This document shows positions 9,154-16,749 of a DNA stretch of 64,000 bases, piece by piece. Source of the DNA: Nitrospirota bacterium. GTDB taxonomy: Bacteria > Nitrospirota > UBA9217. Position 1 is the first letter of the stretch. Every line of letters begins with the position of its first letter. The notes under the pieces are model-generated. The model did not search any database, was not told the origin of the DNA, and saw only the letters and a program-made list of their open reading frames with translations. The stretch spans positions 288,001 to 352,000 of the forward strand of contig CAVWHO010000008.1 of NCBI GenBank assembly GCA_963754875.1, given 5' to 3'. Position numbers and translations under genes: made by a program.

Positions 9154-9795
9154 TTACTGTTTTTTGAGCTTGTATCCCGTAAAGATCGACGTCAGGGTCT
9201 GGTCTTTGTTGATCATGCTGATCGTGATGGCCAGATACACGTGGATCAACACAAAGATGATGAAGTACCACATGGTGAGGATATGCCATATCCGGGTGTA
9301 CGACTCGCCGCCCAGGAAGTTGCTTACCCACCGGAAGCTGTCCGGGCAGGTGATGAACCCGAAGGCTTTGCCGTGATACAATGCCGCACCGGTCAGGGCC
9401 GTGAAGATGATCGCCAGGCCGGTGAAGAGATAGGCGAGCGCCTGGAGGGGGTTGTATTTCCGGTAGTCTTTGTGCGTCCCCTTGATGAAGAGGTAGTATC
9501 CCAGGACGTCGGGCACGTTCTTTAAGTTCTCGATGATGCTGAAGTCTTTCCAGTCTGCGTCGAAGGTGGACTTGAAGGCCATATAGACCCGTACCACCAG
9601 GCCCAAAACGAGGGCATAGGCCGCGATAAAATGGAAAAACCGCGTCGTGGCCATGATGGTGCTGTCCGGTCCGCCGGCGATGAACGGGGTGTGTATGTAG
9701 ATGCCCGTGAACACCAGTACGGCGATGGCGATGACCCGTATCCAGTGGTCCAGGATATAGCCGAGGCTCCACTCCTTTACCAGTTCTTCTTTCAT
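9154..9795 (-). CDS. [NiFe]-hydrogenase cytochrome b subunit (HyaC/CybH type)
   Basis: Four hydrophobic helices, heme-ligand His in DHW, FFHF, IWHI and IHVY; KYNPLQ motif. Confidence 0.93.
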   Translation of the reverse strand: MKEELVKEWSLGYILDHWIRVIAIAVLVFTGIYIHTPFIAGGPDSTIMATTRFFHFIAAYALVLGLVVRVYMAFKSTFDADWKDFSIIENLKNVPDVLGYYLFIKGTHKDYRKYNPLQALAYLFTGLAIIFTALTGAALYHGKAFGFITCPDSFRWVSNFLGGESYTRIWHILTMWYFIIFVLIHVYLAITISMINKDQTLTSIFTGYKLKKQ

Positions 9796-9805
9796 GGCAT
9801 CCTCC

Positions 9806-11398
9806 CTAGGCGACCTTGAAGTCCATGATTCGATTCGACTCCGGATGGATCACGTGTACCGTGCAGGCTAGGCACGGGTCGAAGGAGTGGACCACGCGCA
9901 GGACTTCGAGCGGCTTTTCTGCGTTGGATACCGCCGTGCCCACGAGGGCCTCTTCGATCGGGCCGCGTACGTTGTTGTTGTCGCGCGGGCAGACGTTCCA
10001 GGTCGTGGGAACCACGCACTGGTAGTTCTTGATCTTTTTGCCTGATACGTCGATCCAGTGGCCGAGGGCGCCGCGCGGGGCTTCCCACAACCCGATGCCC
10101 TGGGCTTTGTCCGGGATCTTGTAGTCGTTATAGACCGCGGTGTTGCCTTTCTTGATGTTCTCGATGAGGTCGATGCCCCACTGGTACATGGCATCTGCTA
10201 CCATCTTGCATTCGAGTGCCCGGGCTGCGATCCTGCCGACTATGCCCAGGAGTACCTGGGGCTGTCCGGGATGTCCGATCTTGGCCAACGTGTCGTCGAT
10301 CAGTTTCTTGGCCGTGGGCTGGCCTGAGGCATAGGCCACAAGCATCCTGGCCAGGGCGCCCACTTCCATGGGCTTGCCCGAAAGACGGGGGGCCTTGGCC
10401 CAGGTGTACTTTTTGTTGGAGTCATAGCCGGTGTAGTCCGGCTCCGTCACGCCGATGGCCGGGTTCAAGGGTTTGCCGTCCTTGTACCAGCCGTGAGACG
10501 TGTCTTCGGTGACGTCTTCGGCCTTGGCATCATGGACCTTCGGGAAGTCTGCTGCGAAGATGGCGCCGCGGGGTAACAGCCGCTTCTTGGGATCGAAGGA
10601 CCCGTCTTCGAACACTCCCCAGGACAGGAAGTTTGCATGGCCTTTGCCGACTCCTGCTGCGCCTAAGTAGAACGGGGCGATGGCGAGCAAGTCGGCGATA
10701 AATACGCTGTCGATCCAGTCCTGGAGCTCTTTTACCCGGAAGAGGTAGTTTTTGAGGTCATCGACGGTGGGTACGTGGGTCACGCCGCCGGGAGGGCTCG
10801 TCATGGTCATCGGCATCCTGCCGCCGAAGAGGGCTGATACCTGGGCTGCTTTTGCCTGCATCTCGAGGGCTTCCAGGTAGTGGGCTACGGCCAGGAGATT
10901 TACGTCAGGCGGCAGCTTGTAGGCCGGATGGCCCCAGTAGGCGTTCGCAAAGGGACCTAACTGGCCGGATTCGACAAAGGACTTGACCTTGGCCTGGACT
11001 TTTTTTAACGAGGCCTCTTTGGGATTTGCTTTTAAGGCCGAGACCACGTCTACGTAGTCCAGGGCGTTTAAATGGTAGAACCACAGGATATGGGAATGGA
11101 CGAACTGGGCGCCTTCGATGATGTTCCGGATGATGCGGCCGTTGTCCGGGGGCTTTACTTTGAAGGCGTCGTCCATGCTCATGGAGGAGGCATGGCCGTG
11201 GGAGGTGGGGCATACACCGCAGATGCGCTGGGTGATGTGCCAGGCATCCCGGGGATCTCTGCCCTGGAGGATGAGCTCGAAGCCACGGAACAGTGTTCCC
11301 GTGGTCCAGGCGTCCTTGACCTTGCCGCCTTCGATCTCGACATCGATCCGCAGATGTCCTTCGATTCTTGTCATCGGGTCTATGGTTATTCTGGCCAT
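9806..11398 (-). CDS. Group 1 [NiFe]-hydrogenase large subunit
   Basis: DPMTRIEGH, L1 QRICGVCPTSH, EAPRG, L2 FDPCLACTVH plus a 15-aa cleavable tail. Confidence 0.97.
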   Translation of the reverse strand: MARITIDPMTRIEGHLRIDVEIEGGKVKDAWTTGTLFRGFELILQGRDPRDAWHITQRICGVCPTSHGHASSMSMDDAFKVKPPDNGRIIRNIIEGAQFVHSHILWFYHLNALDYVDVVSALKANPKEASLKKVQAKVKSFVESGQLGPFANAYWGHPAYKLPPDVNLLAVAHYLEALEMQAKAAQVSALFGGRMPMTMTSPPGGVTHVPTVDDLKNYLFRVKELQDWIDSVFIADLLAIAPFYLGAAGVGKGHANFLSWGVFEDGSFDPKKRLLPRGAIFAADFPKVHDAKAEDVTEDTSHGWYKDGKPLNPAIGVTEPDYTGYDSNKKYTWAKAPRLSGKPMEVGALARMLVAYASGQPTAKKLIDDTLAKIGHPGQPQVLLGIVGRIAARALECKMVADAMYQWGIDLIENIKKGNTAVYNDYKIPDKAQGIGLWEAPRGALGHWIDVSGKKIKNYQCVVPTTWNVCPRDNNNVRGPIEEALVGTAVSNAEKPLEVLRVVHSFDPCLACTVHVIHPESNRIMDFKVA

Positions 11399-12507
11399 TA
11401 TTTCTTACCTCCCTTTTTTTCTTGGGTCCTGCCCGATCCGGCTGTTGCTACCGCATGGATCGCGATGCCGGCTGCCGTGGCTACTGCTGCTACCGCGCCG
11501 ATCTTGTCTGCTCCGGCTTCGACTCCGCCCAGGCCGGGGATCTTGACGCCCGGCAGCGGCTCGTAGAACCCGGCGAACTTGTCGGTCCAGCCACGCTCGG
11601 CGCAGCCGATGCAGGGCCCTCCGGCCTTGATGCACCAGCTCGTCCGGTCGTTGTACTGGATCTTGGGGCAGGCTGAATAGGTCATGGGGCCTTTGCACCC
11701 CATCTTATAGAGGCAGTACCCCAGGGCTTCTTCTTTGGACCCGAACTTCTCGACGAAGCGTCCTCCATCGAAGTGGGCCCGCCGCTCGCAGTTGTCGTGG
11801 ATGGTCTGGCCGTAGAACATCACGGGACGGCCCTGGGAGTCGAGATCGGGGATCTTGCCGAGAAGGAGGAAGTTGACCACCACGCCGACCAGGTACTGGG
11901 GGTTGACCGGGCAGAGGTCCATGTTGATGAGCGGCTTGGTGATCCCTACCCGCTTTAAGGCCTCCCCTGTGCCGATGATCTGGGAGGGGTTCGGCTTGGC
12001 TGCAGGGACGCCGCCGTCCGTGGCGCAGCTGCCGATCGCGATCACGGCGATGGCCGGGGCCGCCATCTCTTTCAAGACGTCGAGCATCTCTTTGTTCCCG
12101 ATCATGCCGTGGCCTTTCTTGGTCGGTACGCCGCCTTCGACGATCAGGATGTAGCCGCCGGCCTTCGCGGACTTGGCCAGGATCTCTTCCGCCTGCTTGC
12201 CTGCCGCTGCCATGATGGTTTCGTTGTAGTCGACGCTTAATATGTCAAGGATGACTTCTGCGGGGCTGGGATAGGTTGCTTTGATGAAGGACTCGGTACA
12301 GCCTGAGTCGGATGCGAAGTTGAGCCAGATGACGGGGGTGCGTTTGGATGCTTTTTCCAAGGCTGCTGCGATCTTGGGTCCGTATAACTCGGATAAACCG
12401 AGCAGTGCTGCTGTTGCACCACAGTATTTTAAAAAATCTCTTCGTTTGATGCCCCGGAACTCGAGAGCATCAAGAAACTGCTTACTCACTTCTTCTTTTT
12501 TACTCAT
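11398..12507 (-). CDS. Group 1 [NiFe]-hydrogenase small subunit, Tat-exported and membrane-anchored
   Basis: RRDFLK Tat motif; FeS motifs GSCA, LCP, HDNC, CLYKMGCKGP and CIGC; C-terminal TM helix; start at 12507 chosen from AAGGAGG spacing. Confidence 0.96.
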   Translation of the reverse strand: MSKKEEVSKQFLDALEFRGIKRRDFLKYCGATAALLGLSELYGPKIAAALEKASKRTPVIWLNFASDSGCTESFIKATYPSPAEVILDILSVDYNETIMAAAGKQAEEILAKSAKAGGYILIVEGGVPTKKGHGMIGNKEMLDVLKEMAAPAIAVIAIGSCATDGGVPAAKPNPSQIIGTGEALKRVGITKPLINMDLCPVNPQYLVGVVVNFLLLGKIPDLDSQGRPVMFYGQTIHDNCERRAHFDGGRFVEKFGSKEEALGYCLYKMGCKGPMTYSACPKIQYNDRTSWCIKAGGPCIGCAERGWTDKFAGFYEPLPGVKIPGLGGVEAGADKIGAVAAVATAAGIAIHAVATAGSGRTQEKKGGKK

Positions 12508-12618
12508 ACGCATCCTCCTTTGAATTTACTCTGAAGTCGTATATAGGAATGGCTTGAGATTATTGAAGAAAGAAGCTGCTCTTGTGGCAAAAATCTTCTG
12601 TATATGAGACTGCGCCAA

Positions 12619-12681
12619 AAGTTAGCACAGGGGAATCTGGTTGTCAATCATAAAAATTATATATCTATAAGATTATTTTAT
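12619..12681 (-). promoter_or_regulatory. Hydrogenase operon promoter with two tandem LysR-type boxes
   Basis: Minus strand TTGACA (12647-12642), 17 nt, TAACTT with upstream TG; ATA-N9-TAT at 12650-12664 and 12667-12681. Confidence 0.55.
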
Positions 12682-13100
12682 TAAGGCCTGTTTAAAATTT
12701 CGCGTCCTAAACTGTATCAGACAGCATTATCCCCGATTTCTTCCCGTATCCACAGCAATATTTTTAGTGAGCGCTCACACCACTCCCGGACATTTTCTTC
12801 AAATGTCGGACAGTTGCCGTAACTTCCAGCATATCGCTGCGGTAAAACCGCTGAAAAAGCTGGACGATTCATCAAGAGTGAAAAGAAATGAAAACCGGGA
12901 AAAGCGCAGGGAGGAAAAAACCGTTAGATACAGGAAAAGGCTTGGAGGACATTCTCCAAGCCTTTCGTATGTTTGAAAGGAAACTGATTTTTCGTGCATC
13001 ATATCTTCACTCAGGTTGATACTGTTTTGTCAGATCCATCCTAAGGGAGAGTTCCTGCTTTCAGTGCTGTTTATTCCTGATTACAACTGCCGGTTTCTTG

Positions 13101-14435
13101 TTAGCGGTGCGTCTTGGGCTTAAAGGTCCGCCTGGGGCCGGGATGCAGAGGTGCGGGAGACGCGCTCCGGTGAGCGGCCCCGTGCTCCGGCTTGGCTCCC
13201 GGGGCCTTCGAACGCGCAGCTGTTGACTTTGCGCCGTGCTCGGGTCTTGCCAGGGTGCGGTGTCGCGGTTCTCGCGGAGGCCGCGCGAACTCCTTGTCCT
13301 TTGCAGGCGCCGGCTTCGAATAATCGAAGCCCTTGACCGTACGCCGCTCGATTTTCTCGCCCATCACGCGTTCAATGCTCCGGACCAAAGGTTCGTCCTC
13401 GTGCGTGACGAAGGTGAAGGCATCGCCGGTCTTCGCTGCCCTGCCCGTACGGCCGATGCGATGCGTGTAGGCGTCGGTCGTATCAGGTATGTCATAGTTG
13501 ATGACGTGGGAAATGGACGAGACATCGATGCCGCGCGCGGCAATGTCGGTCGCAACAAGAATTTGGTAGGTGCCGTCTCGAAACCCGTCAAGTGCGGCCT
13601 GGCGCCGGTTCTGGGAAAGATTCCCCTGGAGGGAAGCTGCTTTGTATCCCGCGTTTTCGAGTTGCTGGCCCAGACGCTTGGCCCGGTGTTTGGTGCGTGT
13701 GAAAATCAGTATCGATTCGGTGTCCGTATGTTTCAGGACCTCAAGAAGGAGCGCTGTCTTCAGGTGCTGTTCTACGGGATAGAGTGCGTGCGCAACGGTG
13801 TTCACCGGCGCCGTATGGCCGACCTGGACCGTGACCGGCTTATGCAATACTTCGTGGGCGAGCTTGCGGATGTCATCCGCCATGGTGGCCGAGAACATGA
13901 GCGTCTGGCGTTTCGCGGGCAGGTGCTTAATGATCCTGCGGACATCTGGCAGGAACCCCATGTCGAACATGCGGTCCGCTTCATCGAGTACCAGGACCTC
14001 GATATGAGAGAGGTCGATCGTTTTCTGGTTGATGTGATCGAGCAGGCGACCCGGGCAGGCCACAACGATCTCAAGGCCTGCGCGGAGCTTCTGGATCTGC
14101 GGGTTCACGTTCACGCCGCCGTAAATGGTGATGCTTTTAAGCTGCGTCTGTCTGCCCAGCTCGCCTATGGACACATGGATCTGCTCGGCGAGCTCGCGCG
14201 TCGGCGCGATGATGAGCGCCCGCACTTTTCCGCGGGGGCCGGTGAGCAGCCGTTCGAGGATAGGCAGCACAAAGGCCGCTGTCTTGCCCGTCCCGGTCTG
14301 GGCCAACCCCATGACGTCATGGCCTTCAAGCACCGGCGGGATCGCTTGTTTCTGTATCGGCGTCGGCGTGTCGTAGCCTTGGGCCTTGACACCGGCGGCG
14401 ATCTGAGGATGAAGCTTGAACGAACTGAAATTCAC
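13101..14435 (-). CDS. rhlE: DEAD-box RNA helicase (RhlE-like)
   Basis: Q motif, AQTGTGKT, PTRELA, DEAD, SAT, HRIGRTGR and a basic C-terminal tail. Confidence 0.93.
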   Translation of the reverse strand: MNFSSFKLHPQIAAGVKAQGYDTPTPIQKQAIPPVLEGHDVMGLAQTGTGKTAAFVLPILERLLTGPRGKVRALIIAPTRELAEQIHVSIGELGRQTQLKSITIYGGVNVNPQIQKLRAGLEIVVACPGRLLDHINQKTIDLSHIEVLVLDEADRMFDMGFLPDVRRIIKHLPAKRQTLMFSATMADDIRKLAHEVLHKPVTVQVGHTAPVNTVAHALYPVEQHLKTALLLEVLKHTDTESILIFTRTKHRAKRLGQQLENAGYKAASLQGNLSQNRRQAALDGFRDGTYQILVATDIAARGIDVSSISHVINYDIPDTTDAYTHRIGRTGRAAKTGDAFTFVTHEDEPLVRSIERVMGEKIERRTVKGFDYSKPAPAKDKEFARPPREPRHRTLARPEHGAKSTAARSKAPGAKPEHGAAHRSASPAPLHPGPRRTFKPKTHR

Positions 14436-14501
14436 TTATTACCTTCTTTCTTTGCGACAGCATGATAAGAGCGGCTGGTCCCCTGTCGCCGGGGGTGACC
14501 G

Positions 14502-14540
14502 CAAACAAAAAGGCTATCAGAGATCTTCCACCTGATAGCC
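14502..14540 (-). terminator. Intrinsic terminator inside the rhlE 5' leader
   Basis: Minus strand GGCTATCAG, 11-nt loop, CTGATAGCC, then TTTTTGTTTG; about 70 nt upstream of the GTG start. Confidence 0.7.
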
Positions 14541-14619
14541 CACCGTCCTGTCTTAAAAACAAGAGAAAGACGTTTTAGCAGCAGGGCCGGATGCAGCCGG
14601 CCCTCTCCAGACCTTGAAC

Positions 14620-14649
14620 AGGATACCACTTATGGAGCCCTAGAGTCAA
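14620..14649 (-). promoter_or_regulatory. Putative sigma70 promoter of rhlE
   Basis: Minus strand TTGACT, 18 nt, TATCCT with extended -10 TG. Confidence 0.55.
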
Positions 14650-14875
14650 CAGTTTTACTCCACCCGATGAAACCTCCTGTGTTTCAACGGCACCGAAGAC
14701 TCCGCGTGAAAATGTTTTTTTTAAAGCTGCAATCATTGCAAACACGACTCCTCTTCTGCAGCACTTCATGGCAGGTTTTTTCGCCAGATATCCCGTGAGC
14801 GCCGCAAAGAGGATATCATCGTTTGAACAAATTAAAACATGTTCTTATTGCAGATGAATGATGAAGCCGAGGCTA

Positions 14876-15850
14876 TTAGTGTTCCACAGGACTGTTCAAA
14901 CGGACTCTGTTTCGTCCGCTCTTTTTCGCATCATACAGGGCCAGATCGGCGGCATTAATCAATTGTTCCTTGGTATTGATAGCCGGGTCCGGGATGTCGG
15001 CAATGCCGATACTGATGGTGATTTTTTTATCGGCTACGCTTTGGAATAATTGTCCTGCCATACTTTTCCGAATTCGGTCTGCTACGACCAAAGCGTTGTT
15101 TTTCGAAGTATTCGGGCTCATAATAATAAACTCCTCGCCGCCCCAGCGTGCAACCGTGTCTACATCGCGGATACTGTTCTGAATAATCTTTACCGTTTCA
15201 CGGAGAACGCCGTCTCCCACCGCGTGCCCGAATGCATCGTTCACTTTTTTAAAATGATCAATATCCAGCATCAGACAGCTCAGCGGGAGATTATATCGAA
15301 TAGATCGTTTGAATTCTTTATCGATGACAGCTTCAAACCGCCGCCTGTTAAAGAGGCCTGTCAAGGGGTCTACATTCGCAAGCGTTTCAACCCGCGTGAG
15401 CATTTCCCTCAGTTGACGGGTCGTTTGCTTAAGATCATCCCACTCAGTTTTCGTCCTTAGTCTGGCATTGATCACGGCACTCAACTCGTCTTCATCACAG
15501 GGTTCAGGGATGTAATCATCTGCACCCGCCCTTAAGCCAACAACTTTGTCTGACGTGGTACTCTTATTGGTGAGCATGATAATCGGGATACCGCTCGTTT
15601 CACTGTTATTTTTCAGACTTCGGCAAATATGAATGCCGTCAATACCGGAAATATGGCGTGCAAGGAGAATGACATCCGGGCTGTGTTTCTCGACGGCAGA
15701 GAAAACCGACGTTGCATCCTCTACGTGGATCACCTCATGTCCGTTATTCTCCAAATAATCCATCATAATGCTCGCCTGGGTCATGTTATCTTCGGCAAGA
15801 AGAACTTTTGCCATACTGCTATTTTTTTTCCCTATACTCTCATATTCCAT
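14876..15850 (-). CDS. Receiver-domain diguanylate cyclase
   Basis: N-terminal REC fold (VLLAEDN, PIIMLT, GADDYI), DPLTGLFNRR, DIDHFK, RDVD I-site and GGEEF active site. Confidence 0.93.
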   Translation of the reverse strand: MEYESIGKKNSSMAKVLLAEDNMTQASIMMDYLENNGHEVIHVEDATSVFSAVEKHSPDVILLARHISGIDGIHICRSLKNNSETSGIPIIMLTNKSTTSDKVVGLRAGADDYIPEPCDEDELSAVINARLRTKTEWDDLKQTTRQLREMLTRVETLANVDPLTGLFNRRRFEAVIDKEFKRSIRYNLPLSCLMLDIDHFKKVNDAFGHAVGDGVLRETVKIIQNSIRDVDTVARWGGEEFIIMSPNTSKNNALVVADRIRKSMAGQLFQSVADKKITISIGIADIPDPAINTKEQLINAADLALYDAKKSGRNRVRLNSPVEH

Positions 15851-15906
15851 ACATATTCCTCCATGTTACTGTATATCACATTATCACATTTGGATGCAGA
15901 TTTTTA

Positions 15907-16626
15907 CTAAAAAGTAATTGAGTCAAATTCGGGTTTGAGAAGAATAAATTTGCTTTTGAGAATTTCTATCTCACCGCTCTTTTGCCACTTATCCAATATT
16001 CTTGTAACCGTTTCCCGTGTCAGACCGGTCATATCGGCTATGTTCTGATGAATAAGTTTTATCTTCAAGATAGTGCCTTCTGCTTTTTTTTCTCCATAGG
16101 ATTCTGAAAGCAAAAGGAAAAGCATCTTTATTCTCTGAGCGGCATTATTAAAATTCAGCAGTTGAATTTTTTGCATGCCTTCGCGGATTCGAGCGCAGAG
16201 TATCTGAAGCAAGTTTTCAAGCACTTTATTTTCGCTGAACAACAAATCATAAAAAAACTTCTTCGAGATTATTGCTGTGACAGAGTCCTTCGTTGCACAC
16301 ACGGTAGCAGGCGCAGTTTTACCGTCAATCATCGTAAGCTCGCCGAAAAAATCGCCTGCCTGATGCATGGTGATAATTATTTCTTTCCCTTCATCGGTTG
16401 TCTGAACAACCTTAGCCTCTCCGTCAAGTATGATATACATGAAATCATTGGTGTTCTTTTCATAGAGAATTATTTCATTTTTGGAGAAGCTGCGAATAAC
16501 GACTTTCCTTCGTATCCGATGCAGTTCTTCAGAAGTCAGTGAAGAAAACAGCGAGGTCTGTTTCAGGGACTCGATTCCGTATTCTTTCTTCACTTTTCCG
16601 TTTCCTCCCCTGTGAGGGTGGCTCAC
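15907..16626 (-). CDS. Crp/Fnr-family transcriptional regulator
   Basis: cNMP-binding fold (GDFFGE) and C-terminal HTH ADMTGLTRETVTR; start uncertain (alternative GTG at 16593). Confidence 0.92.
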   Translation of the reverse strand: MSHPHRGGNGKVKKEYGIESLKQTSLFSSLTSEELHRIRRKVVIRSFSKNEIILYEKNTNDFMYIILDGEAKVVQTTDEGKEIIITMHQAGDFFGELTMIDGKTAPATVCATKDSVTAIISKKFFYDLLFSENKVLENLLQILCARIREGMQKIQLLNFNNAAQRIKMLFLLLSESYGEKKAEGTILKIKLIHQNIADMTGLTRETVTRILDKWQKSGEIEILKSKFILLKPEFDSITF

Positions 16627-16648
16627 TTCTCTGTTTCTCTGATTCGCA

Positions 16649-16677
16649 TTGACAAGATTTTATCGTTTCTATATACT
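16649..16677 (+). promoter_or_regulatory. Near-consensus sigma70 promoter of the methyltransferase-kinase gene
   Basis: TTGACA (16649-16654), 17 nt, TATACT (16672-16677). Confidence 0.75.
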
Positions 16678-16749
16678 TTATCTTGCACTTTCGCCGGCAG
16701 TATGCCATGTTCCTCAGGGAAATAACTAATCAGGGAGCAGTCTTCACCC

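Noticed and set aside
9850..9885. [NiFeSe] hydrogenase (selenocysteine in L2)
   Set aside because: The L2 motif is encoded by TGC codons (DPCLAC); there is no in-frame TGA.
12767..13002. Small ORFs between rhlE and the hydrogenase promoter
   Set aside because: No clear RBS or recognisable motif, and low-complexity composition.
15864..15888. CRP site upstream of the diguanylate cyclase
   Set aside because: Two TCACA half-sites are present, but neither has a partner at the required 6-nt spacing.
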